Counted from the first letter of the stretch, positions 1 to 12,664 are shown. The stretch: 64,000 bases of DNA from Mobula hypostoma (GCF_963921235.1 NC_086108.1:81346001-81410000), one strand, 5' to 3'. Made by a program: numbers and translations. Notes: generated from the letters alone by a model not told the origin.

Positions 1-124
1 CAGCCCTCACAGCTTTACATAGTTTGACTTGGTTTGCCTCATGGTGATCTCCTCAGTGCACTTCTCTATGTAGCCAGTCACAGATCTCACATATTCATCG
101 ATGATAATGGGATGGTCATAGGTA

Positions 125-490
125 TGTCCCCTCCCTGAACATGTCCCAATCCGTGTTTTCAAATTTTTCTTAAATGTTACAAAGGAACCGCACCCACAGT
201 TTCCACTGGCAGCTTGTTCTAAACTTGCAACATCCCCTGTGAAGAACCTCCCCCTTAAACATTCCACTTCTCATCCTCAACCTATGACCTCTAGTTCTAG
301 ACTCGCCCGATTTGAAAGGAAAAAGCCTGCAAGTATTCACACTATCTATGCCCTCATAATTTCATATACTTCTATATGATCTCCTGTCGTTCTCCTGCGC
401 TTCATGGAATAAAATCCTAACCTATTCAACTTTCCTCTATAAGTCAAGTTCTCAAGTCCCTGCAACATCCTTGTAAATTTTTGCACACTG
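125..490 (-). mobile_element. Degraded CR1/HER1-like LINE 3' fragment
   Basis: Minus strand resembles the ORF2 C-terminal region (RGRFFT motif) of the fuller CR1 copies in this window; many lesions. Confidence 0.65.
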
Positions 491-1299
491 AAGTCTGAAA
501 TACAAATGAGTTAAACTGCATATTCTTATAGTATGGTTTGATGTGAAGCTGGTGTTGGAGTTGTCCTTATTCAATCCATTCATCATTTGAGAGACATAGA
601 TACAGTTCTACAGTTCCATTCCAATTTCCATTGCTGTCTTAGTGGAGTTTACAGATTCTCCCCGTGACTCTGAGGACTTCCTCTAGGGGCTATGATTTCC
701 TTGTATGTACCCAATTCCTGCTGATTAGTAGTTAACTGGCCAGAGAAAATTTCCCTCACTGTAAATGAATCAGAGTATTAATAGGAAAAAAATTGGTGAT
801 GGGGATGTTTAGTGGATAGATGAAATTCATAGACTGAGATGAATAGCTTCCCTCCTTGGCATAATAAAATACAGAAATAAGAAAATCAAGTGAAACTAAC
901 AGTAAGATGTGGGATGGGGTGTGTCATTACACTCTCTATGATGGTGACACAGAGGTTTCCACCATTCAGCTGCTCATATTGGTTCACGGTATTTCTGCAA
1001 CCCTGCTTCTCATAACTTGGGAGTCACTTCTCAGCAAGGACGGATACCATCGATAAACTTCAGAGTGCCAGCACAACTGTGCCCTGATGATGATAAAAGT
1101 GCATGAAGAATAAGATTTCAAACCTGACCTCAGGTTCATAGAGAAGTAATGATCCCATGATCCTGTATGCTTTAGAGGCATAGACAACACAGACCAGGCA
1201 CCACAGGCACTGGAAAAGTAGCGCTAAAGTGCCCCAACCGAATCTCTTAAATCTGCTGGAAGGGCAAATCAATATAATCACTAACACCGTAGAAATCAA

Positions 1300-1975
1300 T
1301 AATACCAGTGTTGTTGGTAAAATTTCAGATGGTGAAGAGATAATGGAGTCTAAATAGCAACTTCATCATTAGCAAGATCAAGGAACTGACTATGAAGTTC
1401 AGGAAGGGGAAGTCTTGAGAGCCTGCACCAGTCCTTATTGAGGCTCCAGTGCTGGAAAGGGTGATCAGCTTTAAGTTCCTGGGTGTCAAAGTATCAGAGG
1501 ACTAATCCTGGACCCAACACATTGATGCCATGATGAAGAGGGCACACCAGTGTCTATACTTCACTAGAAGCTTGAGGAGATATGTGTATCACCAAATACT
1601 CTTATAGGTTTCTACACATGTACAGTGGAGAGCACTATCACTGTTTGCATAACAGCCTGGCATGGAGCCTGCAATGCACAGATTGGCACAGGGTTATGGA
1701 CTCAGCCACCTCAACCATGGGTACAACCTCCCTATTATCAAGGACACCTCCAAGAGGTGGTGCCTCGAGAAGGCAGCATCCATCATTCGGACCCTCAGCA
1801 CGTCGGACATGCCCTTTTCGCATTACTACTTGTCAGAGAGGGGCTGAGATGCAGGAGACAAAAACCCACGCTTAATGATTTAGGAATGGGTTCTCCAACT
1901 CCACCATCCGATTTCTGAATGGTGCATGAAACCATGAATGCTACCTCATTATTCCTTGCTTTGCACTTTATTTTT
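1300..1975 (+). mobile_element. Rex1/Babar-like LINE 3' fragment
   Basis: Translates in pieces to FKFLGVKVSED.SWTQHIDA.MKRAHQCLYF and ESTITVCITAWHG, the C-terminal region typical of Rex1/Babar RT. Tail resumes at ~2185-2270 after a CR1 tail insertion. Confidence 0.8.
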
Positions 1976-1984
1976 GTGGAATTT

Positions 1985-2184
1985 GTTGCCACAGGAGGCC
2001 AAGTCAACAGATATATTTAAGGCAGAGGTTAATAGATTCTTGATTAGTCAGGGCACGAAGGGATACGGGGAGAAGGCAGGAGATTGGGGCTGAGAGGGAA
2101 ATGGAACAGCCCTAATGAAATGGCAGAACAGACTTGATGGGCCAAATGGCCTAATTCTGCTGCTATAGCTTAGAGTCTTATGTC
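1985..2184 (+). mobile_element. CR1/HER1-like 3' end
   Basis: IFKAEVNRFLISQGTKGYGEKAG followed by the GATGGGCCAAATGGCCTAATTCTGCT 3' hairpin, as in other CR1 tails in the window. Confidence 0.8.
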
Positions 2185-2630
2185 TGTAATTCACGTCAGT
2201 TCTGCACTGCTGCCACGAAACAACAAATTTCACTTTATGTGTCATTAAATCAAATTCTGATTATGATTCATTCTGATTCCCTGGTTGACATTCCCTACTG
2301 GGCTCTGATCTAAGGAAATGGTCATGTTGTTGAGGTTCCTGAGATAAGCAGTCATCTCCAAGTTCCATCATGGCTAGCAATTTCCACAAGCGCTGTGAAA
2401 TTACTTTGAGGATGCCTTCAAATCCTCACTGGCTATTGCAAATCTTGGCCCAAGGCCACTCAAACTGATGTGAGGCCTCTGAAAAGGACTCACACAGCTG
2501 GAGTTTCTTCAACAAGAGCAAATGGAGGCTGATGAAGAACAGTGGAAAGAGCATGCAACAGACCAAAAATTCTGCCAACCCGCCACATCGAACTACCTCT
2601 GCCACTCTTGTTCTGCACATCCTATATATA

Positions 2631-5600
2631 ATAGAAACATAGAAACATAGAAAATAGGTGCAGGAGTAGGCCATTCGGCCCTTCGAGCCTGCACCGCCAT
2701 TTATTATGATCATTGCTGATCATCCAACTCAGAACCCCGCCCCAGCCTTCCCTCCATACCCCCTGACCCCCATAGCCACAAGGGCCATATCTAACTCCCT
2801 CTTAAATATAGCCAATGAACTGGCCTCAACTGTTTCCTGTGGCAGAGAATTCCACAGATTCACCACTCTCTGTGTGAAGAAGTTTTTCCTAATCTCGGTC
2901 CTAAAAGGCTTCCCCTCTATCCTCAAACTGTGACCCCTCGTTCTGGACTTCCCCAACATCGGGAACAATCTTCCTGCATCTAGCCTGTCCAATCCCTTTA
3001 GGATCTTACACGTTTCAATCAGATCCCCCCTCAATCTTCTAAATTCCAACGAGTACAAGCCCAATTCATCCAGTCTTTCTTCATATGAAAGTCCTGCCAT
3101 CCCAGGAATCAATCTGGTGAACCTTCTTTGTACTCCCTCTATGGCAAAGATGTCTTTCCTCAGATTAGGGGACCAAAACTGCACACAATACTTCAGGTGT
3201 GGTCTCACCAAGGCCTTGTACAACTGCAGTAGTACCTCCCTGCTCCTGTACTCGAATCCTCTCGCTATAAATGCCAGCATACCATTCACCTTTTTCACCG
3301 CCTGCTGTACCTGCATGCCCAATTTCAATGACTGGTGTATAATGACACCCAGGTCTCGTTGCACCTCCCCTTTTCCTAATCGGCCACCATTCAGATAATA
3401 ATCTGTTTTCCTATTTTTGCCACCAAAGTGGATAACTTCACATTTATCCACATTAAATTGCATCTGCCATGAATTTGCCCACTCACCCAACCTATCCAAG
3501 TCACACTGCATCCTCTGAGCATCCTCCTCACTACTAACACTGCCACCCAGCTTCGTGTCATCCGCAAACTTGGAGATGCTGCATTTAATTCCCTCATCCA
3601 AGTCATTAATATATATTGTAAACAACTGGGGTCCCAGCACTGAGCCTTGCGGTACTCCACTAGTCACCGCCTGCCATTCTAAAAAGGTCCCGTTTATTCC
3701 CACTCTTTGCTTCCTGTCTGCTAACCAATTCTCCACCCACACCAATACCTTACCCCCAATACCGTGTGCTTTAAGTTTGCACACTAATCTCCTGTGTGGG
3801 ACCTTGTCAAAAGCCTTTTGAAAATCCAAATATACCACATCCACTGGTTCTCCTCTATCCACTCTACTAGTTACATCCTCAAAAATTTCTATGAGATTCG
3901 TCAGACATGATTTTCCTTTCACAAATCCATGCTGACTTTGTCCGATCATTTCACCGTTTTCCAAATGTGCTGTTATCACATCCTTGATAACTGACTCCAG
4001 CAGTTTCCCCACCACCGATGTTAGGCTAACCGGTCTATAATTCCCCGGTTTCTCTCTCCCTCCTTTTTTAAAAAGTGGGGTTACATTAGCCACCCTCCAA
4101 TCCTCAGGAACTAGTCCAGAATCTAACGAGTTTTGAAAAATTATCACTAATGCATCCACTATTTCTTGGGCTACTTCCTTAAGCACTCTAGGATGCAGAC
4201 CATCTGGCCCTGGGGATTTATCTGCCTTCAATCCCTTCAATTTACCTAACACCACTTCCCTACTAACATGTATTTCGCTCAGTTCCTCCATCTCACTGGA
4301 CCCTCTGTCCCTTACTATTTCTGGAAGATTATTTATGTCCTCCTTAGTGAAGACAGAACCAAAGTAATTATTCAAATGGTCTGCCATGTCCTTGCTCCCC
4401 ATAATCAATTCACCTGTTTCTGTCTGCAGGGGACCTACATTTGTCTTTACCAGTCTTTTCCTTTTTACATATCTATAAAAGCTTTTACAGTCCGTTTTTA
4501 TGTTCCCTGCCAGTTTTCTCTCATAATCTTTTTTCCCCTTCCTAATTAAGCCCTTTGTCCTCCTCTGCTGAACTCTGAATTTCTCCCAGTCCTCAGGTGA
4601 CTTTCTCTGACTAATTTGTATGCTACTTCTTTGGAATTGATACTATTCCTAATTTCTCTTGTCAGCCACGGGTGCACTACCTTCCTTGATTTATTCTTTT
4701 GCCAAACTGGGATGAACAATTGTTGTAGTTCATCCATGCAACCTTTAAATGCTTGCCATTGCATATCCACCGTCAATCCTTTAAGTGTCATTTGCCAGTC
4801 TATCTTAGCTAATTCACGTCTCATACCTTCAAAGTTACCCCTCTTTAAGTTCAGAACCTTTGTTTCTAAATTAACTATGTCACTCTCCATATTAATGAAG
4901 AATTCCACCATATTATGGTCACTCTTACCCAAGGGGCCTGTCACGACAAGATCGCTAATTAACCCTTCCTCATTGCTCAAAACCCAGTCCAGAATAGCCT
5001 GCTCTCTAGTTGGTTCCTCGACATGTTGGTTCAAAAAACCATCCCGCATACATTCCAAGAAATCCTCTTCCTCAGCACCTTTACCAATTTGGTTCACCCA
5101 GTCTACATGTAGATTGAAGTCACCCATTATAACTGCTGTTCCTTTATTGCACACATTTCTAATTTCCTGTTTAATACCATCTCCGACCTCACTACTACTG
5201 TTAGGTGGCCTGTACACAACTCCCACCAGCGTCTTCTGCCCCTTGGTGTTACGCAGCTCTACCCATATCGATTCCACATCTTCCCAGCTTATGTCCTTCC
5301 TTTCTATTGCGTTAATCTCTTCTTTAACCAGCAATGCCACCCCACCTCCCCTTCCTTCATGTCTATCCCTCCTGAATATTGAATATCCCTGAACGTTGAG
5401 CTCCCATCCCTGGTCACCCTGGAGCCATGTCTCTGTGATCCCAACTATATCATAATCATTAATAACAATCTGCACTTTCAATTCATCCACCTTATTACGA
5501 ATGCTCCTTGCATTGACACATAAAGCCTTCAGGCGCTCTTTTACAATTCTCTTAGCCCTTATACAATTATGTTGAAAAGTGGCCCTTTTTAATGCTTGCC

Positions 5601-5831
5601 CTGGATTTGTCGGCCTGTCACTTTTACTTTTCTCCTTTGTACCTTTTGCTTCTACCCTCACTTTTCACCCTTCTGTCTCTCTGCACTGGTTCCCATCCCT
5701 CTGTTGTGAACTAACCTCCTCACGCCTAGCCTCTTTAATTTGATTCCCACCTCCCAACCATTCTAGTTTAAAGTCACCTCAGTAGCCCCCGCTAATCTCC
5801 CTGCCCGGATATTGGTCCCCCTAGGATTCAA
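2631..5831 (-). mobile_element. CR1/HER1-like LINE, 5'-truncated within the end of ORF1
   Basis: (TTTCTATG)n tail at 2631-2653; whole ORF2 region present; last ORF1 codons (NPRGTNIRAGRLAGATEVTLN*) at ~5763-5831. Confidence 0.95.
2729..5661 (-). pseudogene. CR1 ORF2 (APE endonuclease + reverse transcriptase) broken by a frameshift near 4550-4600
   Basis: ORF 4546-5661 has EN motifs NARSIRNK, ITETWL, YRPPNS, GDFN, SDHN. ORF 2729-4408 has RT motifs NYRPVSLTS, LDFQKAFDKVPH, GVPQGSVLGP, KFADD. Confidence 0.93.
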
Positions 5832-6224
5832 TATTTAATATTTTAGATATAATATAATATTTTAGATATTCCACAGAAAGATGGGGGAAACAAGTCTTCT
5901 GCATGGACCAACTGTCTGGGAAGAAAAGACAAACAGAGAGAAAACTTAAAAAAGCGGATGCTGAAATTCGGAAACAGAAACAGATTTCTTTTATTGAAAA
6001 CAAATAAAGAGCTATTTAAGGATACAGCATGCAAAGAGGACTTATAGTAAAGAGTAATATAAAGAGACAGCATGGAAACATTAATCGCATATTTTATTCT
6101 CCCCACACTCTCATCAGCTTCCCCCGGATTCTATCACTCACCTACACACTAGGAGCAACTTTCAGTGGCTAACTAATGCGCATTTGGGCTGCAGGAGAGG
6201 AAACCCATGCAGTCACCAGGAGAA

Positions 6225-6560
6225 CATCGAGGACACCTTCAAAAGGCCATGCCTAAAGGAGGTACCACCCATTTATAAAGACCTCCACCATCTGGGACAT
6301 GCGCTCACCTCATTCTGCTATTGGGGGGGATGTGCAGCAGCCTGAAGCGCCAACATTTTAAGAGCAGCTTCCTCCCTTCCGCCATCAGATTTCTGAACGG
6401 TGCGTGAACCCGTGAACACTAACTCATGATTTGACTTCCACACTATATATTTATTTTGTAACTTATATGAAGTTTTAAGCCTTGCACTGTACTGCAGCTG
6501 CAAAGCAATACATTTCACAGCATACATCAGTGATAATGAAGCTGATTCTGATTTTGATTC
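6225..6560 (+). mobile_element. Rex1/Babar-like 3' tail relic
   Basis: CAGCTTCCTCCC..CCGCCATCAGATTTCTGAACG motif and GATTCT-type tail shared with copies at 1880-2270 and 8300-8575. Confidence 0.6.
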
Positions 6561-6679
6561 TGAACATGTAAAATCCACAAGGTCAGGGTTGAACCTCACC
6601 ACTGAGGTGATCCTGAGTCATCCCTGATGTTGTGAAGAAGTGGCTCTCCTAACCCTAAGTGTGCTACCAACTTTATTAT

Positions 6680-6940
6680 ATATATTTTTTTTATTTAGAG
6701 ATAAAACGCAGAGCAAATCTTTTCAGCCCAAAGAGCCACAGCACCCAGCAACCTACCTATGTAACCCTAGCCTAATCACAGGACCATTTACAATGAACCT
6801 AATAACCAGAACGTCTTTGGAATGTGGAAGGAAAGTGGAGCACCTGAACAAAACCCACACATTCACAGGGAGGATGTACAAACTGGAGCTGAACGCCCCA
6901 CGCTGAGATAACATCACACTAACGGCTACACTACCACGAT
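6680..6940 (-). mobile_element. HE1-like V-SINE
   Basis: Minus strand has a tRNA-like head (GGTAGTGTAGCCGTTAGTG), V-domain TTTCCTTCCACATTCCAAAGACGT and a CR1-like tail. Confidence 0.7.
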
Positions 6941-8299
6941 GACCATAATGAGCTAACTTCAGCTCAGCTGGTACCAGGCGATCTGATTGAAGAAGTTATA
7001 GTTTAAAAGGGGGTTTCTGGAGTCAGAAGGAACTTCTTTGCCTGAGCTGAATTGCTGAAATCCATTGCTAATTGCTGTTGGGCTCCTCCCATTTGTCCCC
7101 AAGCCTGTAACAAATAATGAACACAGCTGGCGGGCCCAAGATCTTCCTAGCTTAGATAGTGAGTTGTCATGGCTACTGGCATGTGAAGAAGGTCCAGGCC
7201 TTAAAGTTAAATAGGCCATAAACCCTCCTGTTTCAGCACAACTATTTCAGAATGTCATAGCCTCAGTCATCAGGCCAGTAAGGTTTACAGCTCAAAGAAA
7301 GGTCTGCACTTGTTGGAAGATTCCTATCAGTATTCCTTTACATTGCAGTTTAAATCGCTTTCTAGTGATAATGTTGAAAATCAGAACAATGCTCCTCAGT
7401 CAATAGCAACCATTAGGCTTCGCCTTCCACCTTCAGCACGTATTATCCCTCCAATGTATAAAAGTCGCAGTGCATTAGCTCTTTGCTTCCCCAGATTCCT
7501 GATTTCAATTATGCCATTAGTGGATGCCTGCCACTTTTCTCACAGAATGGGAGGAGAGTGATTGCATCAGAATTACCTCAGGGCCATTCTTATGCATTTT
7601 CCAGTGGCCAGTTCAAGATTAACATTGACACTTGTCCTGCCTACAGGAGTATCACTAAAACAGACAGGGATTAATCATTCCCATCATTGTTCTACACTTC
7701 AGACAGACAGAATATTAGATTTTGTACAATAAATGTGTTTGGCATGCAGTTAAACCGATAATTTTCTGCGCAATCTTTTTTGAAAATCACAAGCCTAGTA
7801 AAGAAAGAAAATCAGTCTGTCATTTAGGACAAAATGCTAAAGACAAAAGCATCTGAGTCTATAACTGCAAAGCGCATAGGCAAAGCCCAAAATTAAGAAA
7901 GATATTTAAGTTTCTATCCTCCCTTCATAATGAATTTGCATGATTTGCTCTAAAATCATCGCAGAATAATTTTTTGCTGTCATTCTGTGTACCAAATTGC
8001 TCTTAAGTTTTATACATGGTTGCCAGGTTCTTTTCCATCAATGCTATGTTGTCCAGTATTGATATTTAAAGAAATCGAAGGTAAAAATAAACACATCTTT
8101 GTACTTTATGACGCACAGGAGGAATAAATGATCTCATTCTGCCAGCAGGTGTGTGCCATCGTCTGCCTAATCCTGGAGGGGATCAGTTTGCCAATTAGTT
8201 TCAATGTCTGAACACTCAGCTTTAGTAACCCAATAGCATATGAGATTTAGCTGCTAATTAGTGTATTAGTTTTCCCTTCTCTCTTCTCTGTTTTGCATC

Positions 8300-8575
8300 C
8301 ATCAGGAAAGAGGTACAGGAGCCTGAAGATTCATGCTCAACTTTTTAGAAACAGCTTCTTCCCATCCACCATCGGATTTCTGAACAATCCATGAACCCAT
8401 GAACACTACCTCAGTATTTTACACTCTTTTCGCACTATGTATTTATTTATTTATTTTTTATATTTCTTACAACCTATAGTAATTTTTACAATACATCTTG
8501 CACTGTACTGCTGCCTCAAAACAACAAATTTCACAACGTACACCAGAGATGATAAACCTGATTTTAATTCTAATT
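8300..8575 (+). mobile_element. Rex1/Babar-like 3' tail
   Basis: CCATCAGGAAAGAGGTACAGGAGCCTGAAG..AACAGCTTCTTCCCATCCACCATCGG..GATAAACCTGATT tail. Confidence 0.7.
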
Positions 8576-8944
8576 GCAATACACAGCAGTTTGAATTCCT
8601 TGGCTCTTTTATTGGAAGCAACAGACTGTATTCTGCATTATATTTATAAAGAAAAATCTTCCTTGTTGATCTGGTTCTTAATTTCCTAATGAAGCATTTT
8701 TATTAATAAACCTTGGCTTCTATTTCCTGGGAATGGGTACCCAGAGACACTATTGAAACTGTTTGTCAAAGCGTCAAGCAATGATATTGTTAACTTGCTC
8801 TCCTGTTAAATATATTTTGTGGTTTTCTGTTGAAGCAGACAGGAACAAAATTCAAGATATATACTTACTGGATGGCACGCTAATATTATATGCTCTATGC
8901 AGTCACCTGAATTTGATTATTCTAAAACTCTCCACTGCCAATGA

Positions 8945-9215
8945 ACTTTTATTGGAAGTTTTAACTCTTGTGTAATGCAGAAAATGTAGCAGTCATTTTG
9001 TTCCTAGCAAAATTCGAGAGAGTACAATGTGATAGTAATTAGACAGTAATGTGCATAGATGTGTCAAAGTTGGTAAATTCACCCAGGATAAATCACTGAG
9101 TATCTTTCAAAATGATATTATGGGTTCTTTTACACCAATTAAGCACATAGTTTAATGTCCCTTCTCAAAGAAAAACACTCCACCATAGCACTAGTATAAA
9201 GATTCAGCATGATAT
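8945..9215 (-). mobile_element. Ancient DeuSINE (SacSINE1/AmnSINE1-like) relic
   Basis: Ordered degenerate similarity to my recollection of the Deu domain reverse complement: TGTAATGCAGAAAATGTAGCAGTCATTTTG, CAATGTGATA, ATGGGTTCTTTTAC, GTTTAATGTC. Confidence 0.45.
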
Positions 9216-9225
9216 CTAACGTCTA

Positions 9226-9515
9226 TCAAACTTCTATAGTTGTGTGGTTGGGAATATGTTGATTGGCTGCATCACAGCCTAATATGGAAACACCAATTCC
9301 CTTGAATGGAAAATCCTCCAAAAGGTAGGGGGTACTTCCCAGTCCATCACGGGTAAAACCCTCCCGACCACTGTGCACACCTACATGGAGCACTGTCACA
9401 GGAAAGCAGTGTCCATCATCAGGGACCCTACCACCCAGGTCATGCTCTCTTCTTGCTGTTACCATCAGGAAGAAGGTAAAGGAGCCTCAGGACACACACA
9501 ACCAGGTACAGGAAC
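9226..9515 (+). mobile_element. Rex1/Babar-like fragment
   Basis: LIGCITA..GN and RKAVSIIRDPT motifs; interrupted by a SINE at 9516. Confidence 0.7.
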
Positions 9516-9808
9516 AGCACAGCGGTTAGCACAACACTGTTACGGCTCACGGTGTCCCGGAGTTTGGAGTTCAATTGCGGTACCGTTCTGTAAGGAGTGT
9601 CTGTACATCCTCCCTGTGGAATGGGTGTGTCTCCTCCTAGTCCTTAGGTTTCCTCCCACAGTCCAAAGCCGTACCGGGTAGATTAATTGGTCATTGTAAA
9701 TCATCCTGGGATTAGGTTAGGGTCAATTGGGTTTGTAGGGGCTTGTTGGATTGGCGTGGCTCGAAGGGCCAAAAGACCCTACGCTGCACTGCATTGTTAA
9801 ATAAATAG
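9516..9808 (+). mobile_element. HE1-like V-SINE (tRNA-derived head)
   Basis: A-box-like AGCGGTTAGC, B-box-like GAGTTCAATTG, V-domain GGTTTCCTCCCACAGTCCAAAG, CR1-type tail GAAGGGCCAAAAGACCCT ending AAATAAATA. Confidence 0.8.
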
Positions 9809-10034
9809 CCCTTGGTTGCTTGTCTGTCTTGTTGGGGGAAAGTCTTATATTGATTCTATTATGGTTCTTGGATGTACTGAGTATGCAAGCAAGAAAACAA
9901 ATCTTAGGGTTATATATGGTGACAATCATGTACTTTGATAACAAATTTACTTAAAACTTGGAAGACCGCAGCAAATCCAGCTGTGATTGAGACCCAACCA
10001 ACCAGGTCTATGAAACAGCCCAAATGATCTATGT

Positions 10035-10130
10035 AACACACATCAAAGTTGCTGGTGAACGCAGCAGGCCAGGCAGCATCTATAGGAAGAGGCGCAGTCG
10101 ACGTTTCAGGCCAAGACCCTTCGTCAGGAC
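10035..10130 (-). mobile_element. 96-bp Penelope terminal-repeat-derived unit
   Basis: About 3 mismatches over ~90 bp versus 44824-44918; flanked by TATGT at 10030-10034 and 10131-10135. Confidence 0.8.
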
Positions 10131-10131
10131 T
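10096..10131 (-). ncRNA. Minimal type I hammerhead ribozyme
   Basis: Minus strand AGUC-CUGACGA-AGG(GUCUUGG)CCU-GAAAC-GUC-GACU: intact core, stem I AGUC/GACU, stem II AGG/CCU, vestigial stem III. Confidence 0.75.
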
Positions 10132-10334
10132 ATGTGTACATAGATGATAACTTATTTGCCAGTGAGTTAACTGTTGCCAATAAGGGAAAAAATTTTGGCT
10201 CGAAGGTCCTAGCTGGAAACTTGGTGCTCACCTTCCTGTTAGGTTCCTGGTTCAGTTGTCCAGCTTCCAAACCATAACAGATTCTTCTTGCTTGCCTATA
10301 TTTTGAATTTCTCTCATTCAGACTTTACATTAAG

Positions 10335-10795
10335 TACAGTGGATTCTGGTTAATTGGGCTATCAGTTAATCAGGGCAGAAATTTATTTGGAACAAAACTG
10401 AATTGAGAAATTAGCTGGGATTCCTTTCATTTAGTTGGGTCATTATGCATCTTAGTTGGGACAGGAGACTGTTGCCAAACATTTTCTAACTAGCATCAGT
10501 CATGTGTACTTGTGTGGCCATTAGACAAGACTACGCTATAATAGAGTGAACAATTTTTAAATAGCTTCAGTTACGAGTGCTTATGTTATGTTATCCATTT
10601 GGGCTGATGGACGGCAATACGAAAAAGCAGAACAGAGAGTATAGTTTGTCATTGATAGTTTGCAAGAAATAAGTAGTAAGACAAATCAGAACTGTTTTGC
10701 TCACGGCACTTTCAAGCATTCAGGCTTGGAGATGCCAGAAACGGCCGGGACTGAAAATGAAACAATTGGACTACTTCAGCAAGTTAGGAGTTATA
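10335..10795 (+). mobile_element. Tigger/pogo-like DNA transposon relic (one end only)
   Basis: Starts TA-CAGTGGATTCTGGTTAATTGGG (TA target plus CAGT terminus); internal DSLQEISSKTNQNCFAHG.F resembles the Tigger transposase C-terminal motif; no matching second TIR seen. Confidence 0.6.
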
Positions 10796-11089
10796 CCAGT
10801 ACACCACAGCAGTCATGCCTAGAATCCAAGCCATGGTTCTTCCCAAGTTGCAGGCCTTGGATCTGTTGCAGTCCATTTCCAGGTCCCACTCAGCTACTTG
10901 CTGCAGTCATGCATTCTAACTTCAACTGCTCACATGACTTATGTTTGACTAATCCAATGCCACCTGGTTGAGAATTTAAAAAAAATTAAAGATTGTCTAA
11001 CTTCTTGAGAGAATTAAGTAGCAGGGGATGGAAATTAGCCAAAAAAGTTATAACAATGAAAAGGTGGATGCATGTCTAACAAAGTAGAT

Positions 11090-11170
11090 GAGAGAGAAAG
11101 AGAGAGAGAGAGAGAGACAGAGAGAGAGAGAGAGAAAGAAAGAAAGAGAGAGAGAAAGAAAGAAAGAAAA
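11090..11170. repeat. (GA)n/(GAAA)n microsatellite
   Basis: Direct reading of a near-pure polypurine tract. Confidence 0.95.
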
Positions 11171-11174
11171 CTCT

Positions 11175-11560
11175 CAAGCCTGCCTTGCCATTAAATAATC
11201 ATGGCTGATTTTTGCTGGCCTCAACTCCTCTTCCATACCACTTCCCCAAGAGTCCTTGAACTTTCAAAAATTTATCCACCTACAGCTTAATTTATCCACC
11301 TACAGACCTAATAATCTGCCTCCACCACCAGTCAGGGATGGGACGTAGAGAATTCCAGAGGTTCACTACCATCTGAGAGAAGAAATTTCTATGCACCTGA
11401 GTTTTAAGTGACCTATTGTACCCTTGTCCATGATTCTTCCTCTAGGGAAAATAGTTCAACATCTACTTTGTCAAGCCCCCTTAGGATCTCATACGTTTGA
11501 ATAAATTTACCCCCACTCTTCTAAATTCCAAGGATTCCAAGGAATGCAGATCCAGACTGT
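11175..11560 (-). mobile_element. Old CR1 3' relic
   Basis: GAATTCCAGAGGTTCACTACCATCTGAGAGAAGAAATT matches the FF.QRVVNLWNSLP region of other copies. Confidence 0.6.
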
Positions 11561-11618
11561 CTAGACTATATCGGTAGTGTAGTCAGTGTCCCTTCATTAG
11601 ACAAAGGCTGTTCACCTT

Positions 11619-12460
11619 TTGACCATAAGGCACAGGAGCAAAATTAGGCCATTTAACATATTGAGTCCACTTCGCCATTCAATCATGGCTGTTTCTTTCT
11701 TCCCCTTGTCAGCCCCACTCCCCTGCCTTCTCCCCATAACCTTCGATGTCTTGTCCAATCAAGGACCTATCAAGCTCTGCCTTAAATACGACCTGGCCTC
11801 CACTGCTGCCTGTGGTAAGAAATTCCACAAATTTACCACCCTCTGGCTAAAGAAATTTTAAATGGACAGCCTCTATCCTGAGGCTGTGCCCTCTTGTCCT
11901 AGACTCCCTCACCATGGGAAACATCCTTTCCACATCTACTCTGTCTAGGCCTTACAACATTCAAATAGTTTCAATGAGATCCACCCCTCATCCTTCTAAA
12001 TTTCAGTAAATAGAAGACCCAGAGCTATCAAATGTTTCTCATATGATAACTCTTTCATTTCCGGAATCATCCTTATGAACCTCCTCTGAACCCTCTCCAA
12101 TGCCAGCACATCATTTTTTAGATGAGGAGCCCAAAACTGTTCACAATACTCAAGGTGAGGCCTTCCTAGTGCCTTATAAAGCCTCAGTATCACATCCTTG
12201 CTCTTGTATTCTAAGCCTCGTGAAATGAATGCTAACATGGTATTTGCCTTTCTCACCACCAACCAAACCTGCAACTTAACCTTTAGGGTGTTCTGCACAA
12301 GGACACCCAAGTCCCTTTGCAACACAGATTTTTGGATCTTCTCCCTGTTTAGAAAATAGTCTGCACATTTATTTCTACTTCCAAACTGCATTTTCCAATA
12401 TTATATTGTATTTCATTTGCCACTTTCTTGCCCATTCTCCTAATCTGTCTAAATCTATCT
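11619..12460 (-). mobile_element. CR1/HER1-like 3' fragment
   Basis: ORF 11996-12391 QRDLGVLV..RPHLEYCEQFWAPH..LERVQRRF; 3' tail at 11619. Confidence 0.9.
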
Positions 12461-12664
12461 CGGCAGGTCTTGGTGAGTTACCTCATATGCCTTTCTGAGA
12501 ACTGTTTTACTAATATTATGTGGTCTTGCTCCTCATGCACACAGTGCAACAACAACTAGACAAGAAGTAGACGGCAGCATAGTGGTCAAGTGGTCTGGAC
12601 GCAGAATTTGCACATGCGGATATAAGTGCACTGGAGAGTTTAAGTTTCAGTCACTTTATATAGA

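Noticed and set aside
2400..2620. Possible very old RTE C-terminal relic
   Set aside because: Only faint motif resemblance; too degraded to call.
4616..5392. 258-aa plus-strand ORF (similarly 31105-31845 and 53758-54150)
   Set aside because: Antisense shadows of CR1 ORF2.
9516..9590. tRNA gene
   Set aside because: Degenerate tRNA-derived SINE head with no complete cloverleaf.
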